Virus record (IMG/VR): IMGVR_UViG_3300030392_000361
Coordinates: 1 to 40,141 of that record
Source of the DNA: a virus
Taxonomy: Duplodnaviria > Caudoviricetes
Length of the DNA: 40,141 nt
Reading direction: 5' to 3' (one strand)
The position numbers and the translations under genes were made by a program. Under the pieces are notes generated by a model that saw nothing but the letters and a program-made list of their open reading frames with translations, was not told the origin of the DNA and made no database searches. Position 1 is the first letter of the stretch, and each line of letters begins with the position of its first letter. This document shows, piece after piece, positions 1 through 8,969 of the stretch.

Positions 1-438
1 TAGCAGAGAAGTCATTTAAGAATGGTGACCCCGGACACTACGAGGCTCCTGTTGATCTACCCTACTTTACTGACGATAAACAGAACACGTTACGTATTGA
101 TCTAGGTAACACACCAGTCAGAGAGATTACTATCGAGAACGTCAGTGTAGGTACTGCGTTCACTGGTTCTGCTCTTCCCTCTGGAGAACAGAACGTAGTG
201 CAGATTAGCGGAAACCCAACTACTTCTAGCCCTTCATTTTCAGGAACTCGACTTGAGATAGGGACCTTAATCTTTGAGAAGAGTAGGTGCAAAAAACTAA
301 CGCTAACAGATATCAAAACACACACTTTGATAGTCACAGGCAATGCCTCCGATGGACAGTCAATTGCTCCCTCTCCCGGCACAAGCAGGATGAGAGCGAT
401 TGGAGGCGGTCACCATCAGGCCAGTGAGATGATCACAT
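1..438 (+). repeat. Diverged terminal overlap, copy 1 (homologous to 39713-40141)
   Basis: Codon-by-codon alignment by eye: mostly synonymous differences and a net 9-nt indel. Confidence 0.95.
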
Positions 439-713
439 CAGGCGGAACCTATGACCGCTTATGGATTCAATCAAATGTCTCTGGAGTCAATGGAAAGATA
501 GGCACTCTGCGTCTTTCTAATTTGCTCACTAAGGGGGGCGAATGTGTGCTTTCACGCATTACGGCCTCAACTGTACGGATCGAGTTAAATGAAATTGGAA
601 TGGGTAATGGATTCGCCACAAAAGAATTTGTTATTGCGACCAATGTAGAGGCAGCGAATATGATTATCTCAGATAATGTCGAGGTAACGATAGCGGAGCC
701 AGCTACACAGTAG
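3..713 (+). CDS. C-terminal part (5'-partial) of the membrane-anchored protein that begins at 39103
   Basis: Frame is open from base 3 (AEKSFKNGDPGHYEAP...) to TAG at 711-713 and is homologous to the 3' end of the window; the ORF-track start at 198 is internal. Confidence 0.85.
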   Translation, partial: AEKSFKNGDPGHYEAPVDLPYFTDDKQNTLRIDLGNTPVREITIENVSVGTAFTGSALPSGEQNVVQISGNPTTSSPSFSGTRLEIGTLIFEKSRCKKLTLTDIKTHTLIVTGNASDGQSIAPSPGTSRMRAIGGGHHQASEMITSGGTYDRLWIQSNVSGVNGKIGTLRLSNLLTKGGECVLSRITASTVRIELNEIGMGNGFATKEFVIATNVEAANMIISDNVEVTIAEPATQ

Positions 714-724
714 GTGTACACCAA
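711..724. promoter_or_regulatory. Palindromic box TAGGTGTACACCAA (copy 1), overlapping the TAG stop
   Basis: Exact motif seen; TAG 711-713 is the stop codon; RBS GGGAGG follows. Confidence 0.8.
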
Positions 725-735
725 GGGAGGCACTC

Positions 736-906
736 ATGATTAAGGCAATTAAGTTTGCACTGCAGTATGCATCACTGATAGATGACATCATCGACTTTAT
801 CAATCTCTGCAGGGAGACTGGTAAAGATGGAAAGCTTAGTAGCAAGGAGATGGGCAAGATTATTTCTGGGGCGCATGTTCTCCGTAAGAAGATTCAAGCA
901 ATCTAG
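736..906 (+). CDS. 56-aa small protein (MIKAIKFALQY...DGKLSSKE...), below the ORF-track cutoff
   Basis: RBS GGGAGG at 725-730, ATG 736, TAG 904-906; last gene of the late arm. Confidence 0.75.
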   Translation: MIKAIKFALQYASLIDDIIDFINLCRETGKDGKLSSKEMGKIISGAHVLRKKIQAI

Positions 907-974
907 TTAGGCACAAACTCACCCTTAGGTTCATAACTAGAAGGGGTCTAGAAGCCTCATAGAGAGATTTAAAT

Positions 975-1006
975 AGCCCCAGTAGTACCTTTGTACTACT
1001 GGGGCT
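975..1006. terminator. 14-bp-stem hairpin between the convergent arms; probable bidirectional terminator
   Basis: AGCCCCAGTAGTAC-CTTT-GTACTACTGGGGCT perfect inverted repeat; U-tracts are weak. Confidence 0.7.
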
Positions 1007-1010
1007 TAGA

Positions 1011-1161
1011 ACGTCACACCTGCTGGAACATCCACTGACTAAAGTTCACAGGACTATCGGGAAATAAAGGACGATTGATAAGACTCAGTTAGTGATCTCT
1101 CAATCAAGCCGGGGGAACGAATCTACAAAAAAACCCGGAGTCAGTTTAACCCTAGTGACAT
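1011..1161 (-). ncRNA. Candidate structured small RNA (~150 nt)
   Basis: Nested complementary segments 1011-1017/1155-1161, 1034-1040/1139-1145, 1073-1078/1100-1105 and 1109-1113/1134-1138; minus-strand TATAAT at 1168-1173. Confidence 0.35.
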
Positions 1162-1175
1162 TTTATAATTATATA

Positions 1176-1637
1176 TTATGATAACAGTTTTACTCTCTGC
1201 CTTTTCTTTAGCTTTCTTCCAATCATATCTCCCGGCAACAGCCATCCCAGTAGACCAACAGCTTTTGTTGTCTCCAGATAAATTACGTGTCCATCATGAC
1301 AGTTGTAGTGAGAGATGCGTCCAGTTGAATATACTGACTTCGTACTCTTGGATGATATTTTGATTGGTTTCATATTTTTCTTACAGTAGGGACACTGGGG
1401 AACATAGATGAGAAGTCTATCGTTCTCACTTGGAGAGTGCTGAACTGGTAACAATACACCTCTATGTATTGTTGCGGTTCCCCTGTAAGGAATCACTGTC
1501 ACATCACCACGAAATTCTGTCGGTCTTGGAATAACCATCTCGTTCTTATTAAACGAGTAGTCTTCCCACCCACACTGGATACACCTTGGGAACTCAGCCC
1601 TTTGGTTTATCATTCCTGTACATTTAGGACATATCAT
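1176..1637 (-). CDS. Zinc-ribbon protein, unknown function
   Basis: CPKC, CIQC, CPYC and CHDGH motifs; coupled to the upstream gene. Confidence 0.7.
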   Translation of the reverse strand: MICPKCTGMINQRAEFPRCIQCGWEDYSFNKNEMVIPRPTEFRGDVTVIPYRGTATIHRGVLLPVQHSPSENDRLLIYVPQCPYCKKNMKPIKISSKSTKSVYSTGRISHYNCHDGHVIYLETTKAVGLLGWLLPGDMIGRKLKKRQRVKLLS

Positions 1638-1942
1638 AGTAATTCTATCTCTGTAATAAGGAAGGCTCTTGCCTTACTTCCCTTAGTCCATACCTTTATA
1701 ACACCACCCATATTCTTATTGGATTCCTCTGATGCCAGTCGGCATTGTTCCGTGGCACCCGATAGCCATGTAGGTACTGATGCCTGTGTGCTCTTCACTT
1801 CATATACAGTGTCACTGGTTTCCACATCGGTATGAGGTCTGGACTTATCCAGATTCCTAGTGCCACCTACAGCATTAGCAACTCGTCTTTCGTATTCCTT
1901 TCCTCTTCTTCTGTTGTTAGCGTTGCGTGATTTCGTGGTCAT
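1634..1942 (-). CDS. Holliday-junction resolvase-like PD-(D/E)xK nuclease
   Basis: RRGKEYERRVA...DVET..YEVKS pattern typical of phage/archaeal Hjc-type resolvases. Confidence 0.75.
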   Translation of the reverse strand: MTTKSRNANNRRRGKEYERRVANAVGGTRNLDKSRPHTDVETSDTVYEVKSTQASVPTWLSGATEQCRLASEESNKNMGGVIKVWTKGSKARAFLITEIELL

Positions 1943-2393
1943 TTGTTTTCCTTATTACCTGATCACCACAGTGTTGGCATTTCACTGGAGCATAGCTTTT
2001 ATCACAGCCCCCCATGTCCTCAAGTGGACAGCCTCGATACTCTGGATATAATCTTCTGAGTTCATCATCTATTACTGCCCACTTGATCATGTTGTTGACC
2101 AGTGCGTCAGATAGCTTGGTGTTTGTTTCATCCTGTTTCAGGCGTTTCATACATTCATCCATCCACTCCCTGCCCTTACGCAGTCGAGACAGATAGTGTG
2201 TCTCCACTGCATCAGGCAGGTGCTGCATGGCATCAACGATATCTTTCTTGTGTTCCCTGATAAGCAGGTAGAGGTCTTCCCTTAACTTAGACCCCTTCAC
2301 CATGAGGTTGTCACCCTTGAGTTGGATGTCTATGCCACTCTCCTTGCAGTCAAGTAGCAAGTGTCTTAGGTTGTAGCCTATATCGTTTCCCAT
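1917..2393 (-). CDS. Replication-module protein with TubC_N-like N-terminus and Cys-rich C-terminus
   Basis: LLLDCKESGIDIQLKGDNLMVKG..LIREHKKDIV resembles the TubC N-terminal docking domain; directly downstream of the helicase. Confidence 0.5.
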   Translation of the reverse strand: MGNDIGYNLRHLLLDCKESGIDIQLKGDNLMVKGSKLREDLYLLIREHKKDIVDAMQHLPDAVETHYLSRLRKGREWMDECMKRLKQDETNTKLSDALVNNMIKWAVIDDELRRLYPEYRGCPLEDMGGCDKSYAPVKCQHCGDQVIRKTNDHEITQR

Positions 2394-3658
2394 TCCGAAC
2401 CTGTCTCCTCTGTGGTATCTGGTAGTTGAAGAACCCCATCGTTCTCTACTACATGACCACCACCTTTCAACTTTGATACGGCAGAGTCTACGTTCCTTTC
2501 TATCCTATCAGGTGGGTCACCCTTCATAGCTTTGATAGTATCCTTGATGTATGCCTTGGACTTGGCTCCATCTTCTTTCAGTATGCGGAAGATGAGATCA
2601 CGGTAGGACATATCACCAGCAATATCGGTAGCGAACACATCAGTCCTGTTGTATATCGCCATGTCATTACTGAAGTCCACACCATATGCCTGTGGTGGCT
2701 GGAAGGGTACGTTGTTTGCCTTGCGACAGACGAGAGAAAACTCCATACCACTGGTAGTACTACCAGTCTTCTTTGCTTCCCAGATAAGACGAGCCTCGTT
2801 GTATGTGTACTGTGATCCGAACAGTTGACCCTGCTTATTGGTATGTGACACTACCAGTACGGTAGTGTTCAGTCGTTTGACCGCAGCAAAGAATGGCACC
2901 ACTGTGTCAGAACTTTCCAGTTCTCCACTCACTGCCCTACCCATACTGTCTATCACAACAAGAGATATGTTGTGCTTGTATATTAAATCCTGTATGTAAT
3001 CTTCTTCATCTATGAAAGGCTGTCCACACTGGTTGTATAGTATCTGGCTACTGGTGGTAGTTGAATCCACTGTATCGATACCCAGCCCAGCATGAATCAT
3101 ACGAGAGCGGTGGGCTATCTCCTCAGGTTTAGTCTCGTAGTCTAGGTACAGTACATTCCCCGGTTCCACTACCAGCCCATGATTACTACTCATGTATCCC
3201 TCTTGTACAAGAGTAGCGATCCATAAACTAAAAAAACTTTTCCCAGTTCCACCGTTTGCATAGATTAATGAAACCTCACCTTCCAAAGCTACATTGTCCA
3301 CACGCCACCGTACATTCTCTGAAAGGTCTACCTCGTTTAGCTTAACGGCTGGTACCCCTGCACGGTGTGTGTCTATGACAATACCTGTGAAGTCTTCTAC
3401 GATCTGACCCCAGTTTATTTCTGGAAACCCTACCTCTGCTGTTCTGGTTTTCAAATGCCTGACATAGGTTTGAAACCCAGACATAGATTTGAGTGTGGGA
3501 TAAGCACGACTTATAGGAAAGCCCTGTAATGTGGTACTCACCTCACATGCATATCGTTTCTTTGGTTCAATGCTACCGACTTCCATCTCTACGCCCTTGG
3601 TCTTCCACTTAACCAAATACTTTGATCCCTGTTTCTCTAGCGTTGGTTCCCCTTCCAT
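2378..3658 (-). CDS. AAA_25 / RepA-like RecA-fold replicative helicase
   Basis: Walker A GEVSLIYANGGTGKS, VLYLDYE, Walker B LVVIDS, LVVSHTNK. Confidence 0.85.
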   Translation of the reverse strand: MEGEPTLEKQGSKYLVKWKTKGVEMEVGSIEPKKRYACEVSTTLQGFPISRAYPTLKSMSGFQTYVRHLKTRTAEVGFPEINWGQIVEDFTGIVIDTHRAGVPAVKLNEVDLSENVRWRVDNVALEGEVSLIYANGGTGKSFFSLWIATLVQEGYMSSNHGLVVEPGNVLYLDYETKPEEIAHRSRMIHAGLGIDTVDSTTTSSQILYNQCGQPFIDEEDYIQDLIYKHNISLVVIDSMGRAVSGELESSDTVVPFFAAVKRLNTTVLVVSHTNKQGQLFGSQYTYNEARLIWEAKKTGSTTSGMEFSLVCRKANNVPFQPPQAYGVDFSNDMAIYNRTDVFATDIAGDMSYRDLIFRILKEDGAKSKAYIKDTIKAMKGDPPDRIERNVDSAVSKLKGGGHVVENDGVLQLPDTTEETGSEWETI

Positions 3659-3882
3659 GTATATCCCCTTTCTAATGGCTTGTCTTGGTGTACACCAAGG
3701 TTTCTTGTTGGTCTTGGTTGAGGTTGTTCGTACTCTGGTTCCACATATATAACCTCTGGCTCTCGCTCTATCTGTGGTGGCTCCGGGTCTGGGTAGTAGG
3801 TGTTCTCGCAGTAGACTTTACTGACAGAGGAATCCCACTTGCAGGTTTTGTAGAAGATACATGTATTATCTTGGCAACTCAT
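3637..3882 (-). CDS. Small Cys/Pro-rich hypothetical protein
   Basis: Start overlaps the HNH stop (ATGA); fills the gap before the helicase. Confidence 0.55.
   Translation of the reverse strand: MSCQDNTCIFYKTCKWDSSVSKVYCENTYYPDPEPPQIEREPEVIYVEPEYEQPQPRPTRNLGVHQDKPLERGYTWKGNQR
3685..3698. promoter_or_regulatory. Palindromic box TTGGTGTACACCAA (copy 2; 16-bp perfect palindrome 3684-3699)
   Basis: Exact motif, 26 bp upstream of the helicase start; the only intragenic copy. Confidence 0.8.
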
Positions 3883-4379
3883 GATACTAAATCTTCAGGA
3901 TTAATATCCTTAGCATGTTTACCTAGATTGCAATCTTTACATGCGGTGATGAGGTTATCCATTTCACTTGATCCACCCTTGGAAACTGCCTTGATATGAT
4001 CTACGTGCAATTCAGTTTCCTTGGCTGTCAGTCCACAGTATGCACAACGAAATTTATCCCTGTTAAGAACATCAAATCTTTTACCGGGAGAAACATCCCT
4101 CTTGGGTTTAGGTGGTGGTGATTCCCAATTGTTTCCAACGTAGATATTTCTCCCCAAAAATTTTGGATCATAGATCGCTGGATTGGAGTACTGAACCCTA
4201 CGTAGACGATGATCAATGACTTGGTGGGCAGTAACACGTATTGTCTGTGCATCTATTTCAGCCAATCGTTTCTTGCTCATTTTTGAAGTATGTTTAAATG
4301 TCTGGGCTGCCATCTCAGCAGTGATCTGTCGTATGGCAGCATGGGTCACAGCGTCACCTTCTTTGGGTTCTTTGACCAC
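3879..4379 (-). CDS. HNH endonuclease
   Basis: RFDVLNRDKFRCAYCG...LHVDHIKAVSKGG...DNLITACKDCNLGK. Confidence 0.9.
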   Translation of the reverse strand: MVKEPKEGDAVTHAAIRQITAEMAAQTFKHTSKMSKKRLAEIDAQTIRVTAHQVIDHRLRRVQYSNPAIYDPKFLGRNIYVGNNWESPPPKPKRDVSPGKRFDVLNRDKFRCAYCGLTAKETELHVDHIKAVSKGGSSEMDNLITACKDCNLGKHAKDINPEDLVS

Positions 4380-5206
4380 ATCCCCTTACCGTTAGGTCCA
4401 ACTGCTGCAAGCAGGTGCTCAAACTTTCCATACCACCAAGGAACATCTACATACCTGTACTCGCATTCTTCAGTAAAGACCTTGCTACCATCCTCTCCCT
4501 TCTCATTATCAAGCCTGACAATCATTGCCTCTACTGAAACCCTACCTATGAGTCCGCTATAGCTGACATAGAGCCAAGTATCGTGATCTCTCCACGGCAT
4601 ATTCCATAAGGCATGAGCATAGGTAGCTACCTGCATATAGTTCTCTTCATATAGATCAGTTGAGGTTTTCCAGTCTACAACTACATAAGTTCCATCTCGT
4701 TTTCTAAACAGAGCATCAAGTTGTCCTGCGTATAGTTGTCCATCCGCAGTCTCACCATATATACCCATCTCAGTCCCTATCAACTTCCAGTCCATATGTT
4801 TCTTTCTCCACTTGAGCCATGCCCTGACGGCAGGTTCAAGTTGATCGGTAATAAGATGGGTAGCATTTCTATCAGTCAGCAATCGCTCGATGATCTCATG
4901 CATCTGTGTTCCCAGATCGGCAGCCTCGTTGCCCTCTCTGTTAGCAGCACCAAGGATATCCTCTACGGTTGCCTCGTCCAGCGTGGTTCCAATGAACTCA
5001 CGCATCCTTTCCTTAACCTGCCTGTCCTTCCACTTCTCTAACCCGATACTGCGGAGATTATTTTTCGTTGCACTGGTAACAGACTTTCTGTCACTACCAT
5101 CATATTCATAGTGTCGACCCTGCCAATCGGTTACCTGATACAACGGTGTGGCTGAATCTTTATCCAATGCTATCGGTATCTTTTTCTTTATTGTTTTGTT
5201 AGTCAT
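4346..5206 (-). CDS. PD-(D/E)xK exonuclease (RecB/Cas4-like phage exonuclease)
   Basis: SVT, GTQMHEIIE, YAGQLDALF, VVVDWKTS and QVATYA motifs; ATG 5206 with AGGAG RBS preferred over 5221. Confidence 0.85.
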   Translation of the reverse strand: MTNKTIKKKIPIALDKDSATPLYQVTDWQGRHYEYDGSDRKSVTSATKNNLRSIGLEKWKDRQVKERMREFIGTTLDEATVEDILGAANREGNEAADLGTQMHEIIERLLTDRNATHLITDQLEPAVRAWLKWRKKHMDWKLIGTEMGIYGETADGQLYAGQLDALFRKRDGTYVVVDWKTSTDLYEENYMQVATYAHALWNMPWRDHDTWLYVSYSGLIGRVSVEAMIVRLDNEKGEDGSKVFTEECEYRYVDVPWWYGKFEHLLAAVGPNGKGMWSKNPKKVTL

Positions 5207-5214
5207 ATCTACTC

Positions 5215-5745
5215 CTACCACTGACTATCTGAAAACTGACCATCATCAGATAAATCCCGAACCCAGTGATTGATTAGGATGTCCTCATATATATTGGTCA
5301 GGCGTAGGATTTCTTCTGGACTCTTATCATCCTTGTTCTCTATCTGGTTGAACGCTGTTTGTCTCTGTATGCAGAAGGAACATCTAGACTGAAGACCCAA
5401 CTCATGTACGCATTCAGCTACCCTAGGTTTAGGAGCAGGGCTATCTTCCGACTCCTCTACCTGTGGTTCCTCGACCTCAGGCTCTGCTACCTCTGCTGGT
5501 TGAGCAGACTGGATGGACTTGATGTTATTGCTAGTACCATAGTCATTCGTTACAGGAAGATAGGTAACTTCCCATCTACGGTTGCCACCCTTATCCAGCA
5601 TGGTAGCCTCGTTCTCTTCCCAAGTCTTGTAGTATCCCTTGTTCCCATTGTCATCGACCATGACAATGTCATAAGGAGACTTTGGGTGTTTGCCCTTACC
5701 GTTATACTCCACTACGGTTAATGTTTTTGTAATTACGTCAGCCAT
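5215..5745 (-). CDS. Putative single-stranded DNA-binding/annealing protein
   Basis: Beta-rich OB-like N-terminus, acidic linker and acidic-aromatic C-terminus (DDGQFSDSQW); adjacent to the exonuclease. Confidence 0.45.
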   Translation of the reverse strand: MADVITKTLTVVEYNGKGKHPKSPYDIVMVDDNGNKGYYKTWEENEATMLDKGGNRRWEVTYLPVTNDYGTSNNIKSIQSAQPAEVAEPEVEEPQVEESEDSPAPKPRVAECVHELGLQSRCSFCIQRQTAFNQIENKDDKSPEEILRLTNIYEDILINHWVRDLSDDGQFSDSQW

Positions 5746-6052
5746 TGTTGTTCGCTCCTTCTAAGCTTTGTGTTCCACCCAAGGTGGTGATGTATGTTGA
5801 GTTGATCAAGTATCTGTCTAACTCCACGGTGTATCCCATCTTCACCAAGTTATCCTTGGTAAAGAACAGGTCACGCCCTATGCGTTGACCGAACTGTGAT
5901 CCAGTCGCTCTCCACTGTGTGGTCAGGGTACCCTGATGGACACCCTCGACAGGTATCCCCCACTGGTTACCTGATATCAACCGACAAGCAATGTCAGCGG
6001 AGTAGAATCTCCACTTAACTTTATGCTCATCGGTACCCTGTATTACCTGCAT
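5738..6052 (-). CDS. Hypothetical protein (possible small DNA-binding protein)
   Basis: AAGGAG RBS before ATG 6052; lies just downstream of a sigma70-like promoter. Confidence 0.6.
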   Translation of the reverse strand: MQVIQGTDEHKVKWRFYSADIACRLISGNQWGIPVEGVHQGTLTTQWRATGSQFGQRIGRDLFFTKDNLVKMGYTVELDRYLINSTYITTLGGTQSLEGANNNG

Positions 6053-6102
6053 ATTTTTCTCCTTGCTATCTACCTGTTCACATGGAAAGCCCATGCCTAG
6101 GA

Positions 6103-6131
6103 AGTATAGCTTTTATAGAGGAGAATTTCAA
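6103..6131 (-). promoter_or_regulatory. Sigma70-like promoter TTGAAA-17-TATACT driving the replication genes
   Basis: -35 at 6131-6126, -10 at 6108-6103. Confidence 0.65.
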
Positions 6132-6137
6132 GCAGGA

Positions 6138-6536
6138 TTAAGTCTTGCCAAGACTCTTTTGATAGCACGAGATTGTGCAGTAATCTACATTAGGATGTCG
6201 TTTTATTTTCTTTGAATTTCTACGGTTAGCTGCGTCACGCCCGGTAACTACAACTACCTTCTTACAGGTAGGACACTGGAAGTCATAGGCATACAACAGT
6301 GGCTGGTGCTCACGGCACACACCACTTGTGTTGTATCTGCTGATCCTCTTAGTACACCCTTCAATCAAGCACGATCTATTGGGTGACTGTCTGAGTAGTT
6401 TGATCTGGCTGGCATGGTAGTGAACCAGTTGTCTGGACACATCCAATGCGGTAGCGATCTGGATGTTACTTAACTTGGGATTGAATTCGATTAGCCTAGC
6501 TATCTTAGCTTTGATCTCTGGGTTCTTACGTGGCAT
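6138..6536 (-). CDS. HTH plus zinc-finger transcriptional regulator
   Basis: LSNIQIATALDVSRQLVHYH helix-turn-helix followed by C-x4-C..C-x2-H and CPTC..CTISC; GAGGGGG RBS before ATG 6536. Confidence 0.75.
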   Translation of the reverse strand: MPRKNPEIKAKIARLIEFNPKLSNIQIATALDVSRQLVHYHASQIKLLRQSPNRSCLIEGCTKRISRYNTSGVCREHQPLLYAYDFQCPTCKKVVVVTGRDAANRRNSKKIKRHPNVDYCTISCYQKSLGKT

Positions 6537-6622
6537 ATAGCCCCCCTCTATACAGCAAGGAGCCACGCAAAGGTGGCTCCCTGTGTCCTAGTATTAATTA
6601 AACTAGAAAGTCTATTTTCCCT

Positions 6623-6636
6623 TTGGTGTACACCAA
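6623..6636. promoter_or_regulatory. Palindromic box TTGGTGTACACCAA (copy 3)
   Basis: 1 bp past the stop of 6638..7009; upstream of the HTH-Zn regulator gene. Confidence 0.8.
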
Positions 6637-6637
6637 G

Positions 6638-7009
6638 CTATACATCTATCCGCAGGAACTTTCGCTGGTAGTGGAACTTCTCGTGGTCATATCTTGGATA
6701 TGTCTGTGCACTTCTTATGTATCTCCATAGGTCAGCACGGTGAGTAGGGTCATGACCCAGACCCTTCTGAAACATCCAGCGTTTATGTTTCCGAATGTCT
6801 TTGGCAGCACGGTTGCGAATCGTGCCACCTTTGACATGCCATATAGATGTCGGCTGGTTGATGTGACCCCAGACAAAGTAGTCACACCCTGCCACGCTAC
6901 AGAGCCAACGTACATGTCCACTGTTATATGCCCCCCATTTACCGTCAACATCAGCAACAGGATGAGGGATTCCTTTGGACTGTAGGTCTATTGATTTGAA
7001 CTGTCCCAT
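6638..7009 (-). CDS. Hypothetical protein
   Basis: Coupled ORF in the early operon. Confidence 0.65.
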   Translation of the reverse strand: MGQFKSIDLQSKGIPHPVADVDGKWGAYNSGHVRWLCSVAGCDYFVWGHINQPTSIWHVKGGTIRNRAAKDIRKHKRWMFQKGLGHDPTHRADLWRYIRSAQTYPRYDHEKFHYQRKFLRIDV

Positions 7010-7176
7010 TATCTTGCTCCTTTCAGGGAGTCTCTGATTCGTACAGCAACAACGACCTTATTACAGACGTTGCAACAGTTCCCCTTGTAGAGAGGTTCAG
7101 CATTGTGTGGACGGTAACGGAAAACCTTTCCACAAAAACAACACTGGTATTCTCCATAATCTAGTATGGGTTTCAT
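7009..7176 (-). CDS. Small Zn-finger protein (CxxC..HNAxP..GxCCxxCN family)
   Basis: AGGAG RBS before ATG 7176; CCFC..PHNAEPLYKGNCCNVCN; paralog of 8312..8557. Confidence 0.75.
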   Translation of the reverse strand: MKPILDYGEYQCCFCGKVFRYRPHNAEPLYKGNCCNVCNKVVVAVRIRDSLKGAR

Positions 7177-7186
7177 TATCTTGCTC

Positions 7187-7993
7187 CTACATGAAAGTTG
7201 ACATTGAACTAAACGATATTGCTGGGAATCCATCCTCTCCATACTGCAGCTTGAAAGTTCTATGCTCACTACCAGCATCAACTGCAGCCCGAAAGCTTCT
7301 TTGTGCTGTTCCATATGCTCTGTTGAGGATAGGCTCATTGGTTTTGTGATGCTCTGTTACTTTAACAATTACCTGCTCTGGCAGGTCAGCATCTTGTATG
7401 AATGCGTCAAGTCCAGCAGCTAACCCATCAGCTATTGTCTGCTGCCTGATAAACTTACGAGCCTCTAACTCAGAGGTGAACATCTTGAAACTGTGACCAC
7501 GCCATCTCTTGATTGTCCCACTGGTGTGAGCACTAGCAATAATATCTTCCCTCACTCTGGGTAAATCAAGGTTTCTTTCAACAGCCTTCACTCCATCCTG
7601 CTCCAAGAAGAGAGAACACTGTGTTTCACCATATAATGTGTAGTAGAACACTGCATCAGAGTAATCACCATGAGTATTGTATGCCCACCTGCCTTTAATT
7701 GGTGTCTTGCCCCACTTACCAAGTTCAGACCAGATGTGTCCGATCCTCTCAATCACGTAAGGATCAGTAGGTAGGTAGATACCATTCGATGAATCCCTTA
7801 ACAGCCCTTCCATTTCCTCACGCTCACGCCTATCAGAACGTCTTACGATATACAGTTCCTGCTCACCCTTCAGCACAGCATCAGCAGATATGGTTCTCTC
7901 TGCCAGTTTCTCTGGGTCGTGGCCTAGACTAACTTGCTTGTCCGCTCTTCTTCCATTGCTACCATAGTGTCGTATCATTTTATGCTCCTTCAT
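7187..7993 (-). CDS. Hypothetical early protein (268 aa)
   Basis: Long ORF on the early strand. Confidence 0.75.
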   Translation of the reverse strand: MKEHKMIRHYGSNGRRADKQVSLGHDPEKLAERTISADAVLKGEQELYIVRRSDRREREEMEGLLRDSSNGIYLPTDPYVIERIGHIWSELGKWGKTPIKGRWAYNTHGDYSDAVFYYTLYGETQCSLFLEQDGVKAVERNLDLPRVREDIIASAHTSGTIKRWRGHSFKMFTSELEARKFIRQQTIADGLAAGLDAFIQDADLPEQVIVKVTEHHKTNEPILNRAYGTAQRSFRAAVDAGSEHRTFKLQYGEDGFPAISFSSMSTFM

Positions 7994-8108
7994 TTATGTG
8001 CAAGCTGTATGTAGTACTCCAGCCCATAGTTTGTACCCCAGCCTTGCCACTGGGGTCGGGGGTTACGCCCCTGCCTTCGGTCATTCCGGTTTGGCAGGGG
8101 TGGCTCAC

Positions 8109-8312
8109 CTAGTTCTCTAGTTCTTGAATCTTTTCCTCTAGCAGGGCAATGATCTTCTTTCGATTACCCTTCCATCCGAATTCGGATTTAACTATGGTCA
8201 AGGCACTGCGTCCTCTACTAATCTTTATACCCTCGCCTTCCAGTTCCATACCTTTCAGTAGAACCTTCAATCTAAACAGCGGTATCTGGTCACCAGTTAA
8301 TATGTTACCCAT
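8109..8312 (-). CDS. Small hypothetical protein
   Basis: TAATG-coupled 67-aa ORF. Confidence 0.7.
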   Translation of the reverse strand: MGNILTGDQIPLFRLKVLLKGMELEGEGIKISRGRSALTIVKSEFGWKGNRKKIIALLEEKIQELEN

Positions 8313-8557
8313 TACTCACTCCCTTCTGGTAAGTCTTCAGGATCATAGAGGTCGGTGATACCTCTGTATCTAAAGTTAGCAACAGTCACCAGTGCCTTAG
8401 TTCGGGTCATGCCTACGTCTACTAATCTCTGCACTGTTACAACCCTATCGTTACAATCTCCACAGCACTGACCCTTTGCTACAGGGTAGGCATTATGTCC
8501 ACCATCCCACCCATTGGCATCTGGTTTTATTGGTTCGCTACATATCACGCAGTCCAT
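8312..8557 (-). CDS. Small Zn-finger protein (CxxC..GHNAxP..GxCCxxCN family)
   Basis: MDCVIC..GGHNAYPVAKGQCCGDCN; TAATG-coupled start at 8557. Confidence 0.75.
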   Translation of the reverse strand: MDCVICSEPIKPDANGWDGGHNAYPVAKGQCCGDCNDRVVTVQRLVDVGMTRTKALVTVANFRYRGITDLYDPEDLPEGSE

Positions 8558-8967
8558 TACTCTGTCTCCTTCAACACCACTGGTGCATTCGGGCATCCCT
8601 CTTTATGGGGGTTGAGGATGTTTTTACCTGATGTCTGGGGAAAGACATAACACCAGCAAACTTGAGTTACATTGCCTCTAATGGGGGGTTGACTGAAGTC
8701 TGGCAGTTCCTCTTCTGGTTCACCTGATGTGAGAACTACATCAACTCCGGTAGACTTGGTCGGGCTGGGTGTATTCCTTTCTGATAGCTGGTGTCTGAGG
8801 ATAGCGTTCTGCTGTCTGGTGTCAGCTATCTCCTCTGCTACCTCAAACTGTACCTCGATCTGCCTACGCAGCCGATTAAGCTGCGTGTCCAGATCGTTGG
8901 CTATCTTCATCAGGTTCCGCAGGTGAGGCGGTGCCTTCCGAATTGTCTTGCTCTGATACTTTGCCAT
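8557..8967 (-). CDS. Coiled-coil hypothetical protein with Cys-containing C-terminus
   Basis: Heptad-rich N-terminal half. Confidence 0.7.
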   Translation of the reverse strand: MAKYQSKTIRKAPPHLRNLMKIANDLDTQLNRLRRQIEVQFEVAEEIADTRQQNAILRHQLSERNTPSPTKSTGVDVVLTSGEPEEELPDFSQPPIRGNVTQVCWCYVFPQTSGKNILNPHKEGCPNAPVVLKETE

Positions 8968-8969
8968 GT

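Noticed and set aside
4346-5206. Cas4 or CRISPR-associated nuclease
   Set aside because: Lacks the four-Cys Fe-S cluster; the context is a phage recombination/replication module
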